Of a DNA stretch of 64,000 nt, positions 29,240 to 39,600 are shown piece after piece (positions within the stretch are counted from its first letter, which is position 1; the number at the start of each line of letters is the position of its first letter). The position numbers were made by a program, and so were the translations under genes. The notes under the pieces are model-generated. The model was not told where the DNA came from. It ran no database searches and saw only the letters and a list, made by a program, of their open reading frames with translations. Where the stretch lies: IMG/VR virus record IMGVR_UViG_3300037400_002947, positions 1-64,000 of that record; one strand, 5' to 3'. This stretch comes from a virus (Duplodnaviria > Caudoviricetes).

Positions 29240-32086
29240 TTATTCGAAACTTACCTCACATTCAAAAACAGCCTTGCTCGTGACATCGCTAGAAGTGATG
29301 TTGATGGAGTTGCCGGAAATGGTTCTTGTCCAGTCCGGATCAATCGCTCCGCTTGCGTCACGTTTACGCCAAGTAAATGACGTTGCTTGCGACGTAATGT
29401 CGGTTGCACCCTTGAAAACCGTGCATGTGAGTATAGTTGATATGTTGTTGTTCTTGAAAATATTCCCAGCCGTCGAGTCGATTCGTACATAAATCGCATC
29501 CTCGCCGTCTCTTCCTGCGCCAGCGCTGATACATGTCGCCGCCCCTGGAATTACGGTCTGCGGATTACCATCGAGAATCAGACTCGTCCTTGTCCACAGG
29601 TATGGATTTTCTTCTGTTACCGTAGGAATATTTGTGACCCATCCAGATGCCGGAGGGGTAGTTGTACTGTTGCCGATCGCGTACTCAACCCTTGCATTAA
29701 TCATGTAGCCGTTGAGACACAGGTCACCAGTGCGGAGATCCCACCATGATGAGCCGTCATCAGACTCGATGCGGTCGACATACAGCTCAAAGATTCGCGC
29801 CATATTCGCCTCAAGATAGTTCGTGACCATCGTCTGAATCTCGGCGTTGTAGGCGTAAAGGTTTATCACATCCGCATTGTCGATTTCGGCATTTTGAATT
29901 CTCGCACTGAGAACCTCAATATACGGACGAATCATAGACGCAGCAACTGTCGCCGCCGTACTTGCCGCCGAAGAGCTTGCGGAGTTGACGATTGAGTTCG
30001 TCTTGGAAGATATCATCGTACCAAGTAGATTCTCCAGATCGTTCCGGTAAGCTTTGGTCTGCGTCATGTTCGAGAAAGTGATTGTAAAAGTGCCGTCAAA
30101 GTTGATGCCGTCAAAGTCAATCTCAAGAACTCTGAACTTCAGCGTGTTGCGGTCAAGGAAGGATTCGGTCGCCGCATCCCACAGCGAGCCGCCGTAGTAC
30201 ACGTTGACAAAACTTCCGACCTGCAACTGGTGTCGCAGAGGTTTGAAATCCTGCATAGCAAAGAGGTTTGCAGAGCTGATTGACCACGAAAACTGTGGCG
30301 TCGACTCAATCTCCAACCGCTCTTCGGCGTCGCTTAGAAGGTCATTTGCCTTAGCAATTATCGCAGTTTCGTCATCAATTTCCGTAATGAGAATATTCTC
30401 ATTCTGGTAGTCCGCCTCGCGATAAAGTGACTTTATAATGGCGACCTCTTCAGCCGTGAACAGCCGTCCGGTCTGATAGTCGAGAGAAGCCTGTTCTGCG
30501 GCGTTCTGCATGGTGCTGAGATATGAATCCTGTCTTGTTCGGCTCAGTTCAATCTGCGCTTCCTTCTGGGCAATAATCGTGTTGAGCTGCGAAACATATG
30601 TCTGATAGGTCAGATACTCGTTGTGATGCTCAATCCATGTGTCTTCAGATATTGTCTTCGATTCGTCCCACTCTTCATCGTCGTAGCCCTGTTCTTCGAG
30701 GCTTGCAATCAAATCGAGATAAGCCGTGCGTTTTATGGTAAGGTCGTTTAACCCGTACATCTGCCAAATGATTTCCGGATCAACTGACGCATAATCCTGT
30801 CCGGTCTCACGGTAATCAAGCTCGCCCTGAATGTCAGGAATACAAACATCGTGGTAAGAATGATAAAGCGCCGCATCCGTTGAGGCGTCAAGTGCCGTCC
30901 AGTCGACTTCGCCCTGGGGCGTAGTGTAAAGTCCTTCAATAATCGTGCATGCTGCCTGATAGTTCTGAAGATAATCCTGAAGGTCTTCGGTCGGATAGTA
31001 GATAGTGGAAGACCAGTTGTTATAAACCACTTCTTCCGGCTGCCTATCTAGAATCGCCTGTTCGGTCTGCAGCTCAGCCGCATACCGTTTTGCCGCGTCT
31101 GAATAGTCGGAGCGCAGAGAATTCCTCGTGCTGACATACGTCTTGTATCTTGACAGCAGAGTGCCGCCTAGCATCGACAGCGGATATGTCACGTTAATGA
31201 CTTTCGGGCTTCCGAAGTTGACGCGCTCGATTCCCAGGTTGTTTCCTCCGGCGACGTTAAACACCGTGACAGGCTCTTCTTTCTGAGGAGTAATATCAAT
31301 CTCCGAGAGAAAGTGGTCGAGTGAGAGATAGATGTTCGTGTTTTCTCCGGCAGTCGCAACCGCATAGCAGTTTATCAGACGGTCGACGGTGTCGAAGGTG
31401 AAGATACACTGGAACGCCGTGCTGACATCGCCGCACAGGAACGACAGAACATTCTGATTGTCCGCCGAGAATGAGCGCTGCAGAGTCTTCAGTGAATCAT
31501 CGACATGGCCGATTGACCACCCATAGTAATCATCGGTAAGCACAAGATCCAGAAGACTGTAGCGAGAATCGCTTTCGTCATAGAGCTGAATGTTGCGCTG
31601 CGGAATACCGAGAGCGTCGAGGTTGTCTTCAAACATTTCAAGCGACGCTGTCGTACCCTGATTTACTTCAAATCCGACAAGGTTCTCGTATTGCAGAATC
31701 GTCTCGTAGGAATAAGCGGTAAATGTTTTATGCTCGTCCGTCCTGCCTTTGGCGTTAATCGTCGGCTCGGCGTTGATAAGAAAGTATCCGTACTTTCCGA
31801 ATTCTGGCACGTACACCAGACAGAATGCGTGAAGCATATTGTAAGCTTCGTTGAGTTCCGCCTCGTACGTGCTCTGATTGGTCACATATTTTGTGACGTC
31901 AAAATAGATAGAGCTGTAATCGTTAAAGCCCTTTGCGCTGACTTCGAAAGAAGTTATCCCACGAAGCCGCGTCTGAATTTTTCTGTCAGGGGTACAGACG
32001 TACGCACTTAGAGTTTTCGCGTGTCCGTACCCATCGTCTTCAAACGTCAGAGCGCCATTATTGACGCTGACTAGCGAATTGCTCAA
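29240..32086 (-). CDS. Tail hub/spike (Tal-like) protein
   Basis: Follows Dit; WSIGHVD..L..R(S)F and FTFDT motifs. Confidence 0.65.
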   Translation of the reverse strand: MSNSLVSVNNGALTFEDDGYGHAKTLSAYVCTPDRKIQTRLRGITSFEVSAKGFNDYSSIYFDVTKYVTNQSTYEAELNEAYNMLHAFCLVYVPEFGKYGYFLINAEPTINAKGRTDEHKTFTAYSYETILQYENLVGFEVNQGTTASLEMFEDNLDALGIPQRNIQLYDESDSRYSLLDLVLTDDYYGWSIGHVDDSLKTLQRSFSADNQNVLSFLCGDVSTAFQCIFTFDTVDRLINCYAVATAGENTNIYLSLDHFLSEIDITPQKEEPVTVFNVAGGNNLGIERVNFGSPKVINVTYPLSMLGGTLLSRYKTYVSTRNSLRSDYSDAAKRYAAELQTEQAILDRQPEEVVYNNWSSTIYYPTEDLQDYLQNYQAACTIIEGLYTTPQGEVDWTALDASTDAALYHSYHDVCIPDIQGELDYRETGQDYASVDPEIIWQMYGLNDLTIKRTAYLDLIASLEEQGYDDEEWDESKTISEDTWIEHHNEYLTYQTYVSQLNTIIAQKEAQIELSRTRQDSYLSTMQNAAEQASLDYQTGRLFTAEEVAIIKSLYREADYQNENILITEIDDETAIIAKANDLLSDAEERLEIESTPQFSWSISSANLFAMQDFKPLRHQLQVGSFVNVYYGGSLWDAATESFLDRNTLKFRVLEIDFDGINFDGTFTITFSNMTQTKAYRNDLENLLGTMISSKTNSIVNSASSSAASTAATVAASMIRPYIEVLSARIQNAEIDNADVINLYAYNAEIQTMVTNYLEANMARIFELYVDRIESDDGSSWWDLRTGDLCLNGYMINARVEYAIGNSTTTPPASGWVTNIPTVTEENPYLWTRTSLILDGNPQTVIPGAATCISAGAGRDGEDAIYVRIDSTAGNIFKNNNISTILTCTVFKGATDITSQATSFTWRKRDASGAIDPDWTRTISGNSINITSSDVTSKAVFECEVSFE

Positions 32087-32101
32087 ACGTACACCTCCCT
32101 G

Positions 32102-32884
32102 TTAAAGTCCTGTTGTTATCAAATATCTCGCCGTCACCTCAAGCGTCGCATCTCCCGTAAAAGTCCAGACATTCTCGCCGTCAATGAGGTAGGGCCAGTT
32201 AAATGAATGTAGGTTGTCAAACGAATATAATGAACCGTCCTCGCGGTACAGTCCGCAATCTCGGATATAAAAGTTTACGCCGTCCGTCATGTCAACAAGG
32301 AACTGATCCGTACCTCGCATTGTGATTGACAGAGTTCCCGTGGCATTCGGTCTCACCAGAATAGTCGGATAAACGACCTCTCCGGTCTTTGAGCCATTCG
32401 GCGTAATAGTATAAACGCCGTTGTTATCCAGCGTCGCAATTGTATATGTCTGCGGCTTGGTAAAAGCATAGCCGCTAATATTTTCAAAGTGGAACGTCAG
32501 CGCATTGTGGTCTCCGTTGAACTGCATGCTCGTGAAACTTCCGATGAAGTCGGTGTTCTCGTACATCACATGATCGCCGTTTCGCGGCACGAGATATAAT
32601 ACACGAGGATCGGAGTGAGCAAAAAGCCAGTCGGAGAGTGTCTGCGCATCGGATTTAGAGATGTGATCCTCGGAGCATCTTGCAATCGTGATATCAAACG
32701 AGAGGGCAGTATCTGCAATGTGACCATAATAATGCTTCACATAGTTATCGTTTGTAATGCCGCTCTGGTTGATGGTGCGCTGATGCGCCGGATCGGGATC
32801 GTTTACCTCGAACGCGACAACAATAAAATCGCTGTTGATTGAACTGAGTGACGTTCCGTCATAGTTAAAGTCTTGTGCGTACAT
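32102..32884 (-). CDS. Distal tail protein (Dit-like)
   Basis: Directly after the TMP; DFNYDG.SLS and WPYLIDGEN motifs. Confidence 0.65.
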   Translation of the reverse strand: MYAQDFNYDGTSLSSINSDFIVVAFEVNDPDPAHQRTINQSGITNDNYVKHYYGHIADTALSFDITIARCSEDHISKSDAQTLSDWLFAHSDPRVLYLVPRNGDHVMYENTDFIGSFTSMQFNGDHNALTFHFENISGYAFTKPQTYTIATLDNNGVYTITPNGSKTGEVVYPTILVRPNATGTLSITMRGTDQFLVDMTDGVNFYIRDCGLYREDGSLYSFDNLHSFNWPYLIDGENVWTFTGDATLEVTARYLITTGL

Positions 32885-32940
32885 ATTTTTACCTCTATAA
32901 AAAGATGAGGTCGCCATTTACGACGACCCCATCGTATCTA

Positions 32941-35324
32941 TTAGAAAACGCCACGCAGACCCATTTTTCGGAAGGTCTCGCTCATGTCGCGTTTTGTATA
33001 ATCGCATGCCTGCTTCAGGATTTCCTTCAGCCCCGGCAGTGCATCTTTGTCAACGTTGCCGTTGACGGTGAGCAGCGAACCGTAGTTCAGATTGACCGAC
33101 TGTCCGCCGCGCGGTGCTATGTTGCGCAGCACCTGATCAAGATTCATTTTACTCAAATTCCAGAGTGCTTCCGTTTGCGCCTTGGAGAATACGGTGTCAG
33201 AGTCAAGCTGCCTCAAAACACCTTCTTTTGTGATGATTGCTTCGGAGCCGATGCCTTCTTCGTCGGTCAGATACAGACCGCGAGCGTTCCGCGCACCTTT
33301 CGCCGCCTTATGGAGAAACTGAGTATACGCCCAGTACCATGCGCCGTTATACTTAACGTGCGTCCATCCGCCCTTGGTTTGTCCGTCAGTCTCCAGAACA
33401 GTCCCGTTCGCAACCTTTCCCATTTTTGTACCGTTAGGCGAATCCCGAAGGTTGAGGTTGCTACCATCTGTGGTTACCCTCAGCTTATTTCCGGTCGATG
33501 ACGCAGCGGAAGTTGTTGTCGTCTTGGTGACGTTTCCGCCCAACGAGACGATTTTGCTAAGAGTTTTTACACCTGCAATGCCATCCTGAGAAAGACCATA
33601 CTTTTTCTGGAAGTTAATAACAGCAGCCTGTGTCTTTGGACCAAACGCTCCGTCGACAGTAAGACCAGCTCCCATTAACTCGTTGAGCGCCCTCTGAAGA
33701 ACTTTTACATCGTTACCAGAAGAACCGTTTTTAAGATTTTGATTTGTTGTAGAGAATTTATATTTTTTCTCGGTAGTAGTTGTTGTAGTTGTTTGCGCCG
33801 CAGGCTTCGAAGTCGATGTTGTCGTAGAACTCGTAGACGATGACGAAGATGACGATGTCGAAGACGAAGATGACGAAGAACCGTCAGAGCCTACGGACGG
33901 AGCCTTAATGGTCTCGACGTAGTCCTCGACTTTTTCGACGACCTTATCAACATATTTGTCGGTAAGTATTTCAGCCTCACCCTCAGCATTGACAGGACCA
34001 TTCGCACGGTTAGTCTCACTGAGACGTTCCTCTGTAGTTGTTACATCAGAGATGGCATCCTTGTAAGTCTGCACCGCAGCCGTAGCGTTGAGCCACGGAT
34101 TCGTGATGTACTCTTCGAGACTGATGCCAAATACCTGGGTGATTTGGTCGAGCTGTTCGTATGTTGTCGCATACTGTTGCGTTGCAAAGTCAAGAGAAGA
34201 TTGGATGGCGTTCTCTTGGTTGGCGAGAGAGTACTCAAGCGCCTTGGTTGTGGCATCCTGAATCTCTTTGAACTTCTCAAGTTCTTCATCGTAAGTCTGA
34301 GTCACTACTTCATACTCGTGGTCGAGCCGCTGTTCGCGCAGTTCGTCTTCCTTCTTCTGGAGGTCTGCACGAAGCTTCGCCGCTCTAGCCTGAGCAGCCA
34401 TAGTGGTGTCGCCAGACAGCGCCGCAATCTGAGCACGGATGCTGTTGATTTCCGTCGTCTTTTCATTGACGGTCTTAGCCCAGTCGCGTGCCTCTTTCTG
34501 TTTCTTCAAGTCTTCCTTACGCTTGTCGATCAGCTTGGACATCGCCTCGGTCTCGGCGTTTATACCTTCCTTGACGAGACTAATGACAGCGTCGCGGTAC
34601 TTCTTGACTTCGCCGACGGCAGCCATCTGCTGTTCGCGGTAGTCGCGCATCTCTTCATTGTACTGCTTCTGGTTGATTACACCTTTGGCAAGTTCTATGT
34701 CGAGCGTTGCGATTGCGTTGTTGTAGTCCTCAACCTTGCGGCGAGAGTTGCCCATCGCCGAAGCGTAAAGGTCAAGCTGGGTTATTCCGGCTTCGGTAAT
34801 AGAAGCGTTATCACGGAACACCGTCAAATCACCAATGAGGTCGACGGTGCTGTCTATCTGTTTGTTCATGTGCTCAAGGATCGCAACAGCCTCTTTCCAG
34901 TTGCTCCAGTTGACTTCACGAATCAGTTCGTTGATGTTCTTCAGTTCGATTTCGGCTTGAACCATTTCGTCCTGAAGTTTCAGCAAATCTGTCTGAGCCT
35001 GCTTGAGTTCCTGGGAGCCTGCCGCCATTTCGCCGTTGGCAAGCTGTTTCTCCATTTCTTCCTTGAACACTCTATATGCTTTAGTATTATCAGAAATGAT
35101 TTCGTTCTGCCGCGCCGCCATCTCAACCAGCTGTTCGATGCTCTTGACTCCGGTATTCTTCTCATAAAGATCGTTCATGGAAGATGCGAGGTCGTAAGCC
35201 TGCTGTGCGTATTCATTCATCGACTGGAAGTCGTCGAGAATGTCGTCAAGTTTCTGGCGGGAGAGATCGAGTATCTCTTTGTTGAGTTCGCGAATCGTGT
35301 CGGAGCAGGCCAAGGCCTTTTCAT
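32941..35324 (-). CDS. Tape measure protein exon 2 (coiled coil, PG_binding_1, SH3b)
   Basis: Splicing gives EW-Y-EKALAC; LKNGSSGNDVKVLQ..VDGAFGPKT and NLNLRDSP motifs. Confidence 0.88.
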
Positions 35325-36668
35325 CATTTATCTTTAGTCGGTTCGCTACGCCGACCGCAACCTAAGTTGCCTCATGGTTTCCCATGAGATGAGACTATAT
35401 CTTTTACCCATAAATAAAGTCCTTAACAAGTTGTTCGATATTGCCGCCTTCCCAATAAGGGATTCGTAATATCGGTATATTATGTTCCTTACAATAATTG
35501 TTCTTAATTGTGTCATGCTTGACAGTCATTGCGTGATTTCTATTATTAACTTCCTCAAAATGTTGCATGCCGTCAAATTCAATAATTTTATTTTCATTCG
35601 GAAGATAAAAGTCGAACGGCAATTTCCTTTTGTCCCTACAATCATCAAATTTATATTCTCTAATGAACGGTATTGAAATGCTATTAAGACAATCGGATAT
35701 CAGCTTTTCGCCGCGACTAGTCGCCATCGAACAACTCTTGCATTTGTTAACACCCTTCTTTGTATAATTGTAAAACGACGTATGAAACTCATTACCGCAC
35801 GAACATCTTATTCTTAAATTTCGAACATGTGTTCCAGTATAGTCGTCTGGATTAAGAAGGGTATTTCCATTAATTGAATCGACGGTTTTTTTTACTTGGT
35901 CTGATGACAATCTGAGCTTGTCACCAACAGATTTTCTTCCGCAATAATAACATCCGTGTTCGTGTATCATATTGTCGACGGTTATATTTCGCACTCCATG
36001 TATTGGGCATACATATGAAATTGTAGTTGAACTTTTTAGTGTACAATTTGTTGGAAATAATAATTTATAACCCTTTTTGTTACAAATAGAATCTAACTGT
36101 TTTTTATATAAATTGCTTTGCCTCTCATTTCTTAGCTCATTAGCTTTCTTTGGCGCACAATTTGAGCATGCACACTTCTCGCCGCGAGCAACTGCGCGTG
36201 CAACGGTTCCATATAAAGTAGAATATTCTTTGTAACAATAATCACATTTTACACTTACCGCAGTTCTGCTATATTCTGAAAGATCTTTTGCTTTTATTTG
36301 CACCTCGTCGCCAAAATGAGTAAATTTATATCCAAGGGCTTTTAGTCGAGTTATATTTGAATTGTGCCACTTAACAGTGACCAATTGATTTTCATCAAAA
36401 ATAAAAAGACACCTCCTTTTGGAGATGACTTTAAAATGGGTAATTCACTTTTTCGAATCGCCAATCGCTTGCGATTCTACTCCTATAAGGATAGTCGTTG
36501 AACGTTTCTCTATTCGAGACTTCGCTGCTGATTGCCGACGTATCGTTATTCTTTTTAAACCTTCACGCTTACGCATATTTCATCGTTACGTTGTGGTGAA
36601 TAACGCTTTACGGTTTTCCAGCAATTAAATGAAATTCATTATTACTAAAATAATGGGCATGTTGTAAT
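35325..36668 (-). mobile_element. Group I intron in the tape measure gene (1344 nt)
   Basis: P1 GGTAT/ATGCC with U.G at the splice site; P TTGCTGGAAA, Q AATCAGCAG, R CAACGACTA, S AAGATATAGTC; terminal G. The junction TGG T|AT GAA restores the frame. Confidence 0.9.
35404..36402 (-). CDS. Intron-encoded homing endonuclease (Zn-ribbon repeats plus PD-(D/E)xK/Vsr-like nuclease)
   Basis: Multiple CxxC; SRGEK, LPFDFYLP, IIEFDGMQHF and LRIPYW motifs. Start is probably ATT 36402 (alternatively TTG 36384). Confidence 0.85.
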   Translation of the reverse strand: MFDENQLVTVKWHNSNITRLKALGYKFTHFGDEVQIKAKDLSEYSRTAVSVKCDYCYKEYSTLYGTVARAVARGEKCACSNCAPKKANELRNERQSNLYKKQLDSICNKKGYKLLFPTNCTLKSSTTISYVCPIHGVRNITVDNMIHEHGCYYCGRKSVGDKLRLSSDQVKKTVDSINGNTLLNPDDYTGTHVRNLRIRCSCGNEFHTSFYNYTKKGVNKCKSCSMATSRGEKLISDCLNSISIPFIREYKFDDCRDKRKLPFDFYLPNENKIIEFDGMQHFEEVNNRNHAMTVKHDTIKNNYCKEHNIPILRIPYWEGGNIEQLVKDFIYG

Positions 36669-39600
36669 ACCATTCAGTATATTGTTGAATTTGCTCCTTG
36701 AGATTCTCATTCGAAATCATCTCAATGTCTATCGTGCCGTTGCGAACCTTCTTGGCGTATGATTCTGCGAGTCCAACGTCGTTGGCTTCCTGCATGTAGC
36801 GCCAGTACGCTTGCTGATTGTATGTGATATTCTTCTTCGCCTGATCGATGGCGCTGTTGAGTTCTTTAATCTGGTTTGCGTACGTTACCCAGTAGTCGCC
36901 CATGTCTTTGAAGTTGTCAAAGAGTCTGGCGACGCGAGAGAGCAGTACTTCAATCCAGTCTTTTATCTCTTTCTCGATTTCAGACTTAGCGGAGGTTGAG
37001 TTGCCGCCATTTCCAGACGAAGAAGTCTTCGTGGTAGAAGACTTTGTTTTCGCCGTTGTAAATTTTGTGTCGTAGTATTTCCATCGTCCGGACACGCTTG
37101 CATGCGCAGGACCGCCAACCGTACCTTGCGCACGAGCCATTTTTGCATAGCCATGCTGAATATATCCATTCTTTAGAAGCTCTTCGGTCTGCTTAGAGTT
37201 GAAGATTATATCATCCTTCTTGAGCGGATAGCCAATCGTCGGGCGACCGTTATTCGGAATAAACCAGTTACTTCCTCTGACCACCAGCTCGGGGCCGACC
37301 TCGTTGATTAGAGCATTTTCGTCGCGCTTAAGACCCCAGTTGCCGTGACCCTTTGCGAAGGCTGTGCCTTGGGCGTGAGCGGTGCCGTTAGCCTGAGCTG
37401 TTCGAATATTAATAGTTTTTGATGCAACTCTTACTCCTGTGTTTGCAAGTTCTTGTAACTTTCTTACTGCCGTATCTATCTGGCTGAGTCCAGTAACGTT
37501 AATGCCTACTCCAACGGTTCTCCCTGTAACCTGATTGATTGAATTTTTAAGAAGGTTGACATCGTTAGTGCCGATAGCCTTTGCAATGACTTGTACTTTT
37601 CGGTCGTAAACGCCATCCTCAGCCTTCTGTAACGCTAACACTTCTTCCTCGCCAAGCGCTTCAACCAAAATGCGTTTTGCGATTTCTTCTGGAGTTCCTT
37701 CAAATTCACCAAGAATTGTCTGTACTTTGTAGACGTTGGGGTCGGCATTTGCTTCGACGGTAATTTTTGTATGTTCTTCTTTATTATGAACGTCGGTCGT
37801 AGTGTTGTGCACTTCGTTACTTGTAATCTTTGATTCTCTTCGTTCGACGTTCTCCTGTGTTCTGTTTACGGTTTTTTGAGGTTTAATTCGCGCCGCCCCA
37901 AGTTCAACTTTCAGTCCAGAAGATGAGCCGTCAAGACCAAGCTGTTTCATTAACGCTTCTGCGTCGTCTGTTGGCTCAAGACCAAGTTCCTTCTGTATGT
38001 TTTTGTTCGCGAGAAGCAGATCTATAAATTCACGGTCATCGTCGCTCAGAACGACCAGACCGTCATGCTTATTAATAGTTTCTATGTCTTCTTTTAATTT
38101 GCTAAGCGCCGCCTCGTACTGTTTAAACTGGTCGACGGTCAGTGTCCCAGATGTTCCAGGAGCCTCAAGCTCTCCCTTTAAATCAAGACATATCTGAAGT
38201 AATTCGCGAAGTGCTGCCACCTGCGAATCGTCCATGTTGACGGTTGCGGGATCGGCGAGAATGTTTTTAATCGCACTAATCTTTTGTTCCAAATCCGAAA
38301 CGGATCTTACTTTGCTAAGGTCGAACAGTTCTTCTGCGTTGAAATCGCTTGAATAATCGTCGCGACCCTTGCTCGCTTTGTCCCAGTTCTTTTTAGCCTC
38401 GACGGCACGATCACTCATTTCCTTGATTGAGTCAGCCTGTTCGCGCGTCATCCAGGTGAGTTCAGCGCCGTAGTCATTCATCTTTTCGAGAATGGCTTCA
38501 ATCATGTCGACGGACGTATGCATCTTCTTAGCAAGTTCTTCGGTGTCAAGATCGTCGAAAACAATTGCACCATCTTCAAGACTAGCCTCTCCAAGATCTA
38601 CAAGAGCTTTTGCAAAACTGTTGCATCCTTCCTGTCCTTCGGAGAAGAAGTTGCGTAACGTCATGTTTGTGCCATCGATGGCCGTGTCAAGTTCTTTATA
38701 TGCAGATATTACCTGATCAACAGACGCAGTCGAAAGATCCTGCCCAGAGATAAGTTCCGCCAACGCGCGGAATTCGTTTGTGCCGACTAGTCCAGCTTTA
38801 TACAATTCGTCTGCGCGAGAGACCGCTGTCTTCGTGATGTTGTCGTAGATGTCGCCACGTTCTCCGGCGGATTGTGCATCAAGCCATTTCTGGTATGCCG
38901 ATGTCGCGCCTTCGTAAGCTGTCTTAAGGTAGTCGAGTTCAGAAAGCTGTTTGCGTATATCATCAATTTGACCCTGGGCTTTGCTTCGTGCGGATTCATT
39001 CTGAGCGGTCGCAAGTTGCTTATTCGCTTCCGTAAGTTTCTTTGTCAAATCTTGTTGCTGTTTTAAGAATTTGCTGCGCGTAATTTTATCCTGCTGAGAC
39101 TTGAGTTTGCGGAGCTGCTTCTCATTAAGCTTTACGCCGTTCGCCGTCTTGCGGAAGAGGTCTGCGGGGTTAAATCCTTCGAGGTCTGCGAATGCATTCT
39201 TGATTGTAATGAGGTCGCCTTCGAGCGCTCCGGTTTCCTCGTTGACCGAAAGGCTGAGACCCTTGCCACCTGCTGCCGACGCGAGCGCGGCGTTAACGGA
39301 ATCGAGGGTTGTGAGAGTAGAGCCGATAGATTTCTTAAAATTATTGAATTCGGTGGAGATTGAGTCTCCTACGTCAGCAGCAACAGTTTTAATAGCTCCT
39401 AAATCTTGCGCTATTTTGATAAGTTCTTCATCGGAAAGACCAAGAGCATTTTGCATGTAAAGCAGCTCTCCGGACATTTTTCGTAAATTACCATCAAACG
39501 CCGTAGGATTGTTTATTAGGTTGAGCAAATCAATATCGTCAAAATCGTAATCTTTTAATTCGTCAAACGATTTTTTAAGTATAGTTACTTCGTCAATATA

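Noticed and set aside
33770-33890. GAC/GAT/GAA-type tandem repeats
   Set aside because: They encode a Ser/Thr low-complexity linker before the TMP peptidoglycan-binding domain.
34144-35337. Long antisense ORFs (34144-35337, 2318-3181, 49925-50725, 32875-33501 and others)
   Set aside because: They are shadows of well-supported genes on the opposite strand, with no SD or recognisable motifs.
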